From an uncultured Gemmatimonadales bacterium (GTDB taxonomy: Bacteria > Gemmatimonadota > Gemmatimonadetes > Gemmatimonadales > GWC2-71-9), in contig CAWGED010000019.1 in NCBI GenBank assembly GCA_963821525.1, forward strand, positions 320,001 to 384,000: DNA of 64,000 bases, read 5' to 3'. The position numbers and the translations under genes were made by a program. The notes beneath the pieces are model-generated. The model worked only from the letters and a program-made list of their open reading frames with translations, did no database searches and was not told where the DNA came from. Shown one piece after another: positions 11,824-21,757 of the stretch (position 1 is the stretch's first letter; each line of letters starts with the position of its first letter).

Positions 11824-12948
11824 ATGAGTCGTAGTTTCCACAATTCCGCCGGCTTGTCCGGACCCGCAGTTCTGCTGGCCGTGGTGCTGTTGACTGGAAC
11901 CGGCCTCGCGGCCTGGAAGAGCGCCTCGATCCGGAAATCCAACGAGGCGTCCTCTCACCAGCCGGAGCCAATCGAGGCGGTGACCACCGCCGTGGCCGTG
12001 GAGCGACAGTATCGCCAGAGCACGACCTCGATCGGGACGGTACTTGCCCTGCGCTCCATCACGTTGAGCAACGAGCTCGCCGGCACCGTGCGGCGGGTCA
12101 ATCTGACCCCCGGTCAAGTCGTTGAGGAAGGCACCGTGCTGGTGGGTCTCGACGTCTCCGTGGAGGAGGCGGACCTGCAGGCCCAGCAGGCCCGGGCCGC
12201 TCTCGCGGAGACCACACTCGAGCGCCTGAAGCGGTTGCAGCAGGCTAAAGCCACTTCGCAGGAAGAGGTGGACCAGGCGAGTGCTGCGCAGGATGTCGCG
12301 TTGGCGGAGACCGCCCGTATCAAGGCCGTCATTGCCCGGAAGACCATCCGCGCACCCTTCCGCGCCCGGATCGGCATCTCGGACGTGCACACCGGCCAGT
12401 ATTTGGCCGAGGGCACCGAGCTCACGACCCTGCAAGGTGTCGAGACTGCGGCGAACGTGGATTTCACCGTGGCCCAAAGCGTCGCGGCCGCCCTTCACCA
12501 GGGTGATCTCGTTGCCGTAGTCGCCCCTCAGGATTCGACACGGCTACCGGCGAGAATCACGGCGATCGACTCACGAGTCGATCCCACGACCCGCAATGCG
12601 CTGGTGCGCGCGAAGCTGACCTCGCGAGCCCCTGCGCCTGGTGCCTCGGTACGAGTCGAGATTCCGGTGGGTCCCTCCGGCAAAGCCGTGGGCATCCCGG
12701 TCAGTGCCCTGCGCAAGGGACCCGGCGGCGATCACGTGTTCGTGATTGCTCCGGACTCGACGGGAAAGCCGCGGGCCCACGAGCGCCCGGTAGTAGCCGG
12801 CGCAACGGCGGGCGACGAGATCCTGATCGTCTCCGGCCTCAAGCCGGATGAAGTGGTGGCAACCTCGGGATCCTTCAAGCTGCGCGAGGGCGTGCTGGTC
12901 GCCGCTCCTGCGGCCGATTCAGCCTCCAACTCGAACGTGAAGCCGTAA
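11824..12948 (+). CDS. RND efflux periplasmic adaptor (MFP)
   Basis: RBS gaggagagga before the ATG; N-terminal TM; IRAPFRARIG lipoyl-like motif; precedes the RND permease. Confidence 0.9.
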   Translation: MSRSFHNSAGLSGPAVLLAVVLLTGTGLAAWKSASIRKSNEASSHQPEPIEAVTTAVAVERQYRQSTTSIGTVLALRSITLSNELAGTVRRVNLTPGQVVEEGTVLVGLDVSVEEADLQAQQARAALAETTLERLKRLQQAKATSQEEVDQASAAQDVALAETARIKAVIARKTIRAPFRARIGISDVHTGQYLAEGTELTTLQGVETAANVDFTVAQSVAAALHQGDLVAVVAPQDSTRLPARITAIDSRVDPTTRNALVRAKLTSRAPAPGASVRVEIPVGPSGKAVGIPVSALRKGPGGDHVFVIAPDSTGKPRAHERPVVAGATAGDEILIVSGLKPDEVVATSGSFKLREGVLVAAPAADSASNSNVKP

Positions 12949-12984
12949 GCACTCCGCCACGAACTACGGGACACGAGAACTCCG

Positions 12985-15900
12985 ATGCGTTCCTTTACCG
13001 ACATCTTCATCAAGCATCCCGTCCTGGCGGTGGTGGTCAACCTGGTCATCCTGCTGGTGGGGTACCGGTCCATCACCTCACTGCCGGTACAGCAGTACCC
13101 GAAAATCGAAAGCTCCCAGGTACTGATCACCACGGTGTACTACGGTGCCAGCGCCGAGACTATTCGCGGCTTCCTGACTACCCCGATCGAGCGCGCCGTC
13201 TCGGCGATCAGCGGAGTCGACTACGTCGAATCCACCAGCCGGGCCGGAGTCAGCAGCATCACGATCCATTTGAAGCTGAACCACAACAGCACCGCGGCGC
13301 TGGCCGAGGTCACCGCCCGTCTGCAACAGGTTCGCTCGGAGCTTCCGGCTGAGGCTGAGCCGCCCGTGGTGGAAGTCCAGCGGGCTGATCGACCCTACGC
13401 CTCGTTCTACCTCAGCTTTACCTCGAGCGAGCGGGACATCCCCGCCCTCACCGATTGGCTGACCCGCAACATGCAACCCCAGCTCTCGACGCTGTCGGGT
13501 GTGCAGCGGATTGATGTGGTGGGTGGACGTCCGATTGCCATGCGGATCTGGATCGATCCGGACCGCCTGGCCGCACTCAATCTCGCTCCCGGCGACGTGC
13601 AGGCGGCGTTGCAGCGCAACAATTTCCTCGCGGCGGTAGGCCAGACCAAGAACGATCTGGTTCAGGTCAACCTGCTCGCGAACACCGACCTGCGCTCTCC
13701 TGAAGAGTTCAAGAACCTGATCGTCGCCGACCGGAACGGCGCCGTGGTGCGGCTCTCGGACGTGGCCAAGGTCGAGCTGGGCGCGGAGGAAGCCGACTTC
13801 ATCACCAAGTTCAACGAAAAGGAGGCGGTGTACCTGGGGGTGTGGCCGGTCATCGGGGTGAACGAGATCGAGGTCGCCCATCGGCTGCACTCCGAAATGG
13901 AAAAGATCCGGCCGACGCTGCCCAAGGACATCGACATGCAGCTGGCGTACGACGCCACGGTGTTCATGGAGGATGCGCTCCAGGAGATCACCAAGACCCT
14001 GATGGAGACCATCCTCATCGTCGCCGTCGTGGTGTTCCTCTTCATGGGCTCGATACGCACTGCGATTGTGCCGCTGGTGGCCATCCCGATTTCGCTGGTC
14101 GGTGCGGCGATAGTGATGTACGCCGCCGGGTTCAGCCTGAATCTCCTCACCATACTGGCGATCGTGCTGTCGGTGGGTCTCGTGGTAGACGATGCGATTG
14201 TCGTGGTCGAAAACGTCGAACGCCACGTCCGAGAGGGAAGAACCCGGATCGACGCGGCCCTGATCGGCGCGCGGGAACTGGTCGGCCCGATCATCGCCAT
14301 GACCATCACCCTGGCCGCGGTGTATGCCCCGATCGGTTTCCAGGGCGGGCTGACCGGGTCACTGTTCCTGGAATTCGCCATCACGCTCGCCGCGGCGGTC
14401 GTGGTGTCGGGCATCGTCGCGGTTACCCTGTCGCCGATGATGAGCTCGCGCCTGGTGCACGAGCATGGCAAAGAGGGCCGGTTGACCAGGTTGGTGAACC
14501 GAGGCTTCGACGCGGTGCGCCGCCGCTATGAGAAACTGCTGGACGGTGCGCTGACCATGCGGGGGGCGATCGTCGTGGCGTCACTGCTCGTCACGATCGG
14601 CGCCTGGCCGCTCTACCAGTTCTCGCGGCGGGAATTGGCTCCGGTGGAAGACCAGAGTCATATCAGCCTGTTCATGCAGGCTTCGCCGGACGCTTCTCTT
14701 CAGGCGGCCAACAAGGCGTCGCTCCAGGTCGTCAAGGCGATCAACAGCTTCCCCGAGGCGAAGTTCATGTGGTCGCTGACCGCCAACTGGGGCGGATTCG
14801 GGGGAATGGTCGCGAAGAACTGGAAGCAGCGGAAGCAGACCACCGAGCAGCTGTACGGGCAGGTGTACGGTGCTGTGTCTCAGGTTCCGGGCCTGCAGGT
14901 GTTCCCCCGTCTCGATCCGCCGCTGCCCACGCCCGGGCAATACGACGTCGAGATGATCCTGGCGAGCGACGCTCCGCCCGAGCAAATGCTGCAGACCGTC
15001 GGTCAGGTTCTCGGAGCCGGGTGGCAAAGCGGAAAATTCCTCTATGTCGATACCGACTTGAAGATCGATCTTCCGGAAGCGCGGGTCGTGATTGATCGCG
15101 ACCAGGTGGCCGACCTGGGCTTGGACCTGGCCAGTGTGGGACGAGAGCTGGGCACCCTGCTGGGTGGCGGCTACGTCAACCGCTTCAACTATTTCGATCG
15201 CAGTTACAAGGTGATTCCCCAGATCGGTGAGGAAGGGCGGACCACGGTAGGACCGCTGCTGGATCTCAAGATCAAGACACCGAGCGGCCAGCTGGTCCCG
15301 GTCTCGACCTTCACCCACATTGAATCGAGTATCGCGCCACGGACCCTGAACCGGTTCCAGCAACGCAACTCGGTGCGGATTTTCGGAGGGGTAAAGCCGG
15401 GGATCACCAAGGAAGAGGGACTCCGGGTGCTGGAAAATGCCGCAAGGGCCGCGGCCGGGCCGGGCGTGGGGCTGGACTATGCCGGTGAGTCGCGGCAGAT
15501 CCGGCTCGAGGGATCGTCGCTCACCGTGACGCTCGGGTTCGCGGTGATCCTGATCTACCTGGTGCTCGCTGCCCAGTTCCTGAGCTTCCGCGATCCCCTG
15601 ATCGTACTGGTGGGATCGGTGCCGCTCGCTATCTCGGGCGCGCTGATCTTCAGTTTCCTCGATCTCACGACGATCAACATCTATTCCCAGGTCGGGCTGA
15701 TCACGCTGGTGGGCCTGATCGCAAAGAACGGAATTCTGATCGTGCAGTTCGCGAATAGACTCCAGACTCACGGCGTGCCCAAGATGGAAGCGATTCGTGA
15801 GGCTTCACTGACGCGGCTCCGCCCGGTGTTGATGACATCGGCGGCGACCGTCTTCGGGCATTTCCCGCTGGTCCTGGCGACGGGCCCAGGCTCGGCGGCC

Positions 15901-16077
15901 CGGAATAGCATCGGTATCGTCCTGGTTACCGGCATGACCCTGGGCACGATCTTCACCCTGTTCGTGGTCCCGGTGTTCTACGCGCTCATCGCGGAGCAGC
16001 ATCAGCCCAGTGAAATCGACGAGAGCGAAGCCCTGTCCTTCGGGCCGCCGGCGGTGGAGGAAGTGGCTCATGCGTAA
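12985..16077 (+). CDS. RND efflux permease (AcrB/MexI-like)
   Basis: 1030 aa; FIKHPVLA, GLVVDDAIVVVENV, KNGILIV, RLRPVLMT. Confidence 0.95.
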   Translation: MRSFTDIFIKHPVLAVVVNLVILLVGYRSITSLPVQQYPKIESSQVLITTVYYGASAETIRGFLTTPIERAVSAISGVDYVESTSRAGVSSITIHLKLNHNSTAALAEVTARLQQVRSELPAEAEPPVVEVQRADRPYASFYLSFTSSERDIPALTDWLTRNMQPQLSTLSGVQRIDVVGGRPIAMRIWIDPDRLAALNLAPGDVQAALQRNNFLAAVGQTKNDLVQVNLLANTDLRSPEEFKNLIVADRNGAVVRLSDVAKVELGAEEADFITKFNEKEAVYLGVWPVIGVNEIEVAHRLHSEMEKIRPTLPKDIDMQLAYDATVFMEDALQEITKTLMETILIVAVVVFLFMGSIRTAIVPLVAIPISLVGAAIVMYAAGFSLNLLTILAIVLSVGLVVDDAIVVVENVERHVREGRTRIDAALIGARELVGPIIAMTITLAAVYAPIGFQGGLTGSLFLEFAITLAAAVVVSGIVAVTLSPMMSSRLVHEHGKEGRLTRLVNRGFDAVRRRYEKLLDGALTMRGAIVVASLLVTIGAWPLYQFSRRELAPVEDQSHISLFMQASPDASLQAANKASLQVVKAINSFPEAKFMWSLTANWGGFGGMVAKNWKQRKQTTEQLYGQVYGAVSQVPGLQVFPRLDPPLPTPGQYDVEMILASDAPPEQMLQTVGQVLGAGWQSGKFLYVDTDLKIDLPEARVVIDRDQVADLGLDLASVGRELGTLLGGGYVNRFNYFDRSYKVIPQIGEEGRTTVGPLLDLKIKTPSGQLVPVSTFTHIESSIAPRTLNRFQQRNSVRIFGGVKPGITKEEGLRVLENAARAAAGPGVGLDYAGESRQIRLEGSSLTVTLGFAVILIYLVLAAQFLSFRDPLIVLVGSVPLAISGALIFSFLDLTTINIYSQVGLITLVGLIAKNGILIVQFANRLQTHGVPKMEAIREASLTRLRPVLMTSAATVFGHFPLVLATGPGSAARNSIGIVLVTGMTLGTIFTLFVVPVFYALIAEQHQPSEIDESEALSFGPPAVEEVAHA

Positions 16078-17515
16078 CTCAGTGCTGCTGGGGATCATCG
16101 CGCTCACCGCGTGCGCCTCGAGCCCAGCTTACCAGGCGCCGTCGGTTCAGGTTCCGTCGACGTACCGGGAGACGACGGTCCATCAGGATAGTTCTGTCGC
16201 GATGGTCCCCTCGGTCAGCGACAGTGCGGGGGCGCAGGATGCCGCGGATTGGCATGAGCTGGGCGACACCACACTGACCCGGCTCGTGCACGAAGTGCTG
16301 AACGCGAATCTCGACATTCGTACCGCCGAGGCGCGCGTGAGGGGCGCTCGGGCTGTTCGGACGAGCGCACTGCTCGAACTCACTCCCAGCGTAAATCTCG
16401 GCGGGGGCTACACGCGGCAGCGCCTGTCGAGCGCGAGCTTCCCGGGTACCTCGGGACCCTTCCCCGATCAGGACGTCTGGGATGCCGGGTTCGACGCTTC
16501 GTGGGAGTTCGACCTGTTCGGACGGCTGCGCCGCAATATCTCGGCGCAGGGCGCGTTCGCCGAGGCTTCGAGTGAAGATCTGCGGAATGTCCGGGTCTTT
16601 CTTACGGCAGAGCTCGCTCGTTCCTACTTCGAGCTACGCGGCGCGCAGGAGCGGTTGGCGGTCGCGCGCAGCAACGCGGAAAACCAGAAACGCACTCTTG
16701 AGGTCACTCAAGAGCGGCTCGATAATGGCCGGGGTACCGGGTTCGATACCGAACGAGCCAAGGCTCAGTTGGGGTCCACGCTGGCCTCGATCCCGACTTT
16801 CGAAGCACAAGTCGCCGCGGCCCAGTACCGGATCGGCGTCCTGGTTGGCCGTCCGCCCGCAGTCGTGGCAGCAGAGCTGGATGTGATAGTGGATCTTCCC
16901 GAGCTGCCGGACACCGTGCCGCTCGCGGCGCCCGACTCACTGATTCGGCGGCGGCCCGATGTTGGCGCGGCAGAACGGCAGTTGGCCGGTCAGCAGGCGC
17001 TGGTTGGAGCGGCCAAGGCGGAGTATTTCCCGCGCATCGTCGTCGGGGGCGGCGCCGGCTATACCTCATCCACCTTCGAAGATTTGACCGGATCGAACAC
17101 GTTCCGCTACGCGGTCGGTCCCGTCATTTCGCTGCCGCTCAATTGGGGCCGGATCAAAGCCAACGTGGACGTGACGAAGGCCCAGGCGGACGAGGCCAAG
17201 GCGCAGTACGCCCAGACGGTGCTTCTGGCCCAGCAGGATGTCGAAACCGCCCTGTCCCGCTACCGCACCTCGCGGAGCAGGGTTGAACGGCTGCGGGAAG
17301 CCGCTGTTGCGAGTGCCGCGGCAGCGGAGCTGGCACGGCTCCGATTCTCCGAGGGAGTCACCGACTTTCTCCAGGTGCTCGATGCCGAGCGCACGCAGCT
17401 GGGAGCAGAGGATGACCTGGCTCAGGGGCGGACCGATGCCGCAACGTCGTACGCGGCGCTATACAAGGCGCTGGGTGGAAGCTGGCCCTTCGCCGAGGAG
17501 ACAACCAACCAGTAG
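16070..17515 (+). CDS. Outer membrane efflux lipoprotein (OprM/NodT family)
   Basis: Lipobox LTAC; ASWEFDLFGRLRR, RRRPDV, LYKALGG; overlaps the permease stop. Confidence 0.9.
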   Translation: MRNSVLLGIIALTACASSPAYQAPSVQVPSTYRETTVHQDSSVAMVPSVSDSAGAQDAADWHELGDTTLTRLVHEVLNANLDIRTAEARVRGARAVRTSALLELTPSVNLGGGYTRQRLSSASFPGTSGPFPDQDVWDAGFDASWEFDLFGRLRRNISAQGAFAEASSEDLRNVRVFLTAELARSYFELRGAQERLAVARSNAENQKRTLEVTQERLDNGRGTGFDTERAKAQLGSTLASIPTFEAQVAAAQYRIGVLVGRPPAVVAAELDVIVDLPELPDTVPLAAPDSLIRRRPDVGAAERQLAGQQALVGAAKAEYFPRIVVGGGAGYTSSTFEDLTGSNTFRYAVGPVISLPLNWGRIKANVDVTKAQADEAKAQYAQTVLLAQQDVETALSRYRTSRSRVERLREAAVASAAAAELARLRFSEGVTDFLQVLDAERTQLGAEDDLAQGRTDAATSYAALYKALGGSWPFAEETTNQ

Positions 17516-18330
17516 TTAGGATCCTGATTTCCCCGGCATGGTCCCCGGCGGCGGGGCGAGCGGAGCGTAGCGGCTCCGAACGTAGTGTGCGGCGCGGTCA
17601 CTCAGATAGGCACACACCGCCGCCGAGAGGATCGGCAGCCCCAGGACCAGAAGTCGGTATATCTCACCGCTAACCACGTGGGTTCCTCCCCCTCCGATCC
17701 CCACGGAGCGCAGCGTCGATTTCCATTGCGAATCGGTATAAGTGTTGGCAACCCACCACCCCGCAGCGAGGCCCGCGAGGGCCGGCAGACGGGGGAAGAG
17801 CCGATCGTGCAATTGTCGCTTCAGTGCCCGGCCTAACAACTTCCCCTCATCAACAAGTCGGCCTTTCCAGGCAACGGGTACTGCCTCGGGCTCTACCGCC
17901 GAGGTCCGAGGCTCGGCTGCCACCACCTTCTCCGATCGTTTGCCGGCCGCTGCTCCCAGCTCCTCGTAGAACGGACGCAAGTCCGAGTTACAACGATGGC
18001 GCTGGTTTCGGAGAATCGCTCGGCTGCACATCCCGCGTAGGATGACGAGCGGACGCATACTGCGTGAGACAGTGGCGTAGTCCGCTCGGTCGGTCTCGAG
18101 CGAGTGCGCGATCGCCTCGTCCAACGCATCTATGCTTCCGCGAAGCCGCCGAACGGTCTCCGGCAGCTGCCCGACCCCAGGCCGAGCATCTCGTTCGAGG
18201 AATGCGGCGAGCGCCTCGCCCGCGCGGGCCCGCTCGTCCCGTTCTCGTCGCTCAGCGGCGCGGAGGCGGATGCCATGAAGCATGTCGTCGAGGCGGGCGA
18301 GGATCACAACCGAGGTCTCCGAAGCGAGTG
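17516..18330 (-). CDS. Hypothetical protein with C-terminal membrane segments (start uncertain)
   Basis: Long ORF with a helical N-terminal part and two hydrophobic segments (LPALAGLAAGWWVA, LLVLGLPILSAAVCAY). No family recognised. Confidence 0.5.
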
Positions 18331-18444
18331 TCCCCCTAAGATTTGCAAGAGGCGTGCACGAGCGGGACGGCGGCCTCTCGGAGGTGGCCGGGGAGGAAGT
18401 CGCGAGGCGATCTTGCAAACTCAGCCAAACCACTGCACTGTGAA

Positions 18445-18608
18445 GGTGGGCGGAGATCCACGCCCAACCTCTTCGACCCTCCCCCAGCGAGGGTCTTCGT
18501 GAGGCAAAGGGGGGCACACTCCCGGATCGCATCGCCAGACCTTTGCGTCGCCTCGGGGCGCCGCTGCTGGGGGGCATGCGTCTCAGGCCTGACCAAAGGA
18601 CTGTTCCG
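18445..18608 (+). ncRNA. Candidate structured cis-regulatory leader RNA (pseudoknot plus RBS switch)
   Basis: Hairpins GGGCG/CGCCC and GACCCTC/GAGGGTC; loop CCCCAGC complementary to GCTGGGG (18566-72); CCTTTGCGTC pairs with either 18501-10 or the RBS region 18591-99. Confidence 0.5.
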
Positions 18609-19319
18609 ATGACGACCAACAAGGATTTCAAACGCCTGGTTCGCGGGCGGATGCAGAAGACGGGCGAGTCCTACACCGCCGCCCGGGCCAACCTCCTGAA
18701 GCACTCACCCACTCCTACTCCCAAGCAGGCTCCCGCGGCGATCGACTACGCCGGTCTTGCCGGTATGAGCGACGCCACGATCAAGGCCAGGACCGGGTGT
18801 ACCTGGGAGCGCTGGGTCTGGGCCCTCGACCGCGTGGATGCTCACCTCTGGCCCCACCGGGAGATCGTCGGGTACGTGCAGGAGAAGTACAAGGTCCCCG
18901 ACTGGTGGACTCAGGCGGTCACGGTGGGTTACGAGCGGATCAAGGGTCTTCGAGTGAAAGGCCAGCGGCGGGACGGCCATTTCGAGGCTAGCAAGAGCAA
19001 GGTATTCGGAGTCTCAAGGTCCTCGCTCTACCGGGCATTCCATGACGGGCGCACCCGCGCCCGGTGGCTACCCGACGTTGACCTCAAGATCCGGACGGCC
19101 ACCCGCGAGAAATCCATGCGAATCACCTGGCCGGACCAGACGCTTGTGGAGCTCAACTTCATGTCCAAGGGCGCTCGGAAGAGCCAGGTGGCGATCCAGC
19201 ACTCGAGATTGCCGGACAAGGCCGCGGCATCGAATATGAAGGAGTTCTGGGCCGCGAAGCTCGCCGCTCTACAGGACGTGCTGGGCGCGGCGCCACTGAC
19301 TCGATCAAGGCCGGCCTGA
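18609..19319 (+). CDS. Protein with short basic N-terminal KTGESYTAAR module, a DUF4287-like middle domain and an SRPBCC-like C-terminal domain
   Basis: MTTNKDFKRLVRGRMQKTGESYTAARANLL; SDATIKARTGCTWERW...WWTQAVTVGYERIKG; SKSKVF...LYRAF...KEFWAAKL. Confidence 0.75.
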   Translation: MTTNKDFKRLVRGRMQKTGESYTAARANLLKHSPTPTPKQAPAAIDYAGLAGMSDATIKARTGCTWERWVWALDRVDAHLWPHREIVGYVQEKYKVPDWWTQAVTVGYERIKGLRVKGQRRDGHFEASKSKVFGVSRSSLYRAFHDGRTRARWLPDVDLKIRTATREKSMRITWPDQTLVELNFMSKGARKSQVAIQHSRLPDKAAASNMKEFWAAKLAALQDVLGAAPLTRSRPA

Positions 19320-20430
19320 TGCATTTGCTCTGGTGGATTCTCGGTACCTTCGTCTTGCTCTATCTGGTGCAGAGCATCTACCTCGGCGTCGTATTGAAGT
19401 GGGAAGACGAACGGACGGCCGGCCTCGGGTACTATGGCCGGCCGCCCGCCGAGCGGGAGGGATTCAAGCGCCAGCTCCGGCTGCATGCCGTGCTGCTGGC
19501 GCCTATCCTCTGGCTCAACGGCCGTCTCGCCAAGATGGATTTCCGACGGGCCAGCATGAGCTACAAGGGTGTGGCGGGTCCGGCGGGAAGTTGTACGCCG
19601 GAGACCTTCGCGCGGGCCGAGCAGTATCAGCCTTGCCCCGAAGACATCTTCGTCGTCACCCAGATGAAGTGCGGGACTACGTGGATGCAACACGTGGTCT
19701 ATGAAGTGTTGAACCGCGGCAATGGAAACCTGGTCGCCAGCGGCACCGAGATCTACGCGGTTTCTCCCTGGATCGAGGGCCGCCGCAGCGTTCCATCGAC
19801 CAGGCACCGCTCATCGGCGCCGAGCGGCCTTCCCGAATCATCAAGACCCATCTCCCCGGTCAACTCTGTCCCGCGTCGGCCCAGGCCCGCTACATCTACG
19901 TCGCGCGGCATCCAGTCTCCTGCTTCGCGAGTTGCGTGGACTTCGTCGCGACCAATGTGGGCAGGATGGCGCCGCCCCCGGCGGCTTTCGAGGAGTGGTA
20001 TTGCTCCCCGGAGCTCATGTGGTGGGGCACCTGGACCGACCATGTTCGGGGCTGGTGGGACCGGAGCCAGAAAGACGGCAATGTGTTGTTCTTATACTTC
20101 GAGGACCTGAAGCGTGACCTGCCTGGCATCGTGCGACAGGTAGCCGGGTTCCTCGGTGTGAAGCCGCTCACCGATCAGGAGCTTCAGCAGGTGGTAGAGA
20201 AGTGCGGCTTCGCGTACATGCAGGAGCACAAGAACAATTTCGAGATGCAGCCGCCTCACGTGATGCAGACCAATGCCGACCTGTTCGTGCGCGGCACGGC
20301 CGACCGGCACAAGGACGTCGCCCCCGAAGTACGAAAGCGGCTCGGTGCCTGGGCGGCCCAGCAGCTCGACGGGAGCGCCTTTCCGCTCCGTAAGGCTTAT
20401 CCCGACGTGATCGGAGAGGCTGGCAGGTAG
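19319..20430 (+). CDS. PAPS-dependent sulfotransferase with N-terminal membrane anchor; frameshift near 19797
   Basis: 5'PSB-like EDIFVVTQMKCGTTWMQ, IIKTHLP, 3'PB-like YVARHPVSCFAS, LFLYFEDLKRDL. TGATG overlap with the upstream gene. Confidence 0.8.
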
Positions 20431-20469
20431 GGACAAGCGGCATCAGCCCCATCGCCCAAGGAGGGGACA

Positions 20470-21010
20470 ATGGTGCGGGGCAGAACTCATTCTCTGGAAT
20501 CCAATGCTGGAAGATCAGGGCAAGCTTGCCGGCGAGTTGCGACAGATCCTGCTCCGGAATCCGTCGCTCTGGCCCCCAACTGACCTCATCGCGGCGACCA
20601 GGGGAGTCGCGGCAGCAGTCCAGGTAGATGGCGGCCTCGGACTGTGGGCTTCCGATCCGGCGACGGCGACCAACAAGCCCTATCGCACCCTCCGCGCCGA
20701 CAGCAAGCCGGTGTATGAGAGTCCCGACCCGGCCCAGGCGGCAGCCGTCGCGGCCGCCCTCAACGAAGTCACCTGGAATCAGGTGAAGAAGGCCACCAAA
20801 TTCGACATCGACCACCTGGCGTTCCTGGCCGACCTCACCGATTCACGTTCTCTCGGCTGGCTGCCATCAGGAGCCGCGGCCGACATCCGCCGAATCGCCG
20901 ACGACGTCGCCCCTCAAATCGACAAGATTCTCGAAGGGCAGGCCAGCCTTCGCCAGCGGGCGCTGCCCGCTAACCTGCGGCGGGCAGCAGACCGAATCGA
21001 AGCGCGCTAG
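20470..21010 (+). CDS. Hypothetical protein; probable frameshift just after the start
   Basis: RBS ggagggg plus ATG at 20470 joins ORF 20504..21010 if one G of the cgggg run is removed; coding-like codon usage. Confidence 0.55.
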
Positions 21011-21076
21011 CGCATCCAAACGGCAATCCAGACCGGATCCTGATGGATCCGGCCAGGACGCCTCGATTAAAGCTGA

Positions 21077-21611
21077 TCAGGTGGTGTAACCCAACTTCTT
21101 CTGCAGGTTCTGCGCGGCGACCAGGTGACCCTGGAACGCCGGTGCTGCCTTTTCAATGAAGGCCTTCAAGCTCCGGATTCTTGGTGGCCGGCAACAGGGT
21201 CTTGGTCACGTAATCGATGACTCCCTGGTGGTACTTGATCTCCTGCGCCAGCCAATCCCTGTCGAAATCAGCTCCGGACTTCGCCTTGAGGGCGCTGACC
21301 ACTTTGTCGTGCTCCTGATCGCCCTTGTTTTCAGCAGGAAGCACCGGATTCACCCCAATCTTCTTCGCCAGGTCTTCTGCCTGATCCTTCAGCCCCTTAT
21401 GGGCATCGGAGAACATCTTGCCCATCTCCTTCACTTCCTTGTTGCTGGATTTCTCAGCCGCCAGGTTGCCAGTGTCGACGTCCTTCTGGTTGGCCTTCAT
21501 GAAGATTGCGACCACGTTGGCATCATTGAGCTTGGCCTCTTCCTGAGCGGGGAGGCCTGGGGCTGCGAGAACCAGCGCGCCGAGACCGGCGGCGATTGCG
21601 AGCTTCAACAT
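21077..21611 (-). CDS. DUF4142 domain secreted protein (ferritin-like fold); frameshift near 21168
   Basis: Signal peptide MLKLAIAAGLGALVLAAP; LNDANVVAI, SGADFDRDW, YHQGVI; C-terminal AFQGHLVAAQNLQKKLG in the shifted frame. Confidence 0.8.
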
Positions 21612-21690
21612 GTTGACTCCGGGATGATGGTAGATGTTCTGGCCTTGGCAGGCCGTCAGCGAATACCAGCGAACCCTAAGGCTTTCGAAG

Positions 21691-21720
21691 CAATAAATCA
21701 AGTATTATATTGATTTATTG
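21691..21720. promoter_or_regulatory. AT-rich operator palindrome between divergent DUF4142 and HTH regulator genes
   Basis: CAATAAATCAA-GTATTATA-TTGATTTATTG, perfect 11-bp arms. Confidence 0.6.
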
Positions 21721-21757
21721 TAATATTCGTCACATAAGTGGGCCTGAGGAGGAGCCG

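Noticed and set aside
18445..18608. Leader as a known riboswitch (TPP, cobalamin, SAM, c-di-GMP, glycine)
   Set aside because: I could not find the conserved core motifs of these classes by eye, so it is kept as an unclassified candidate.
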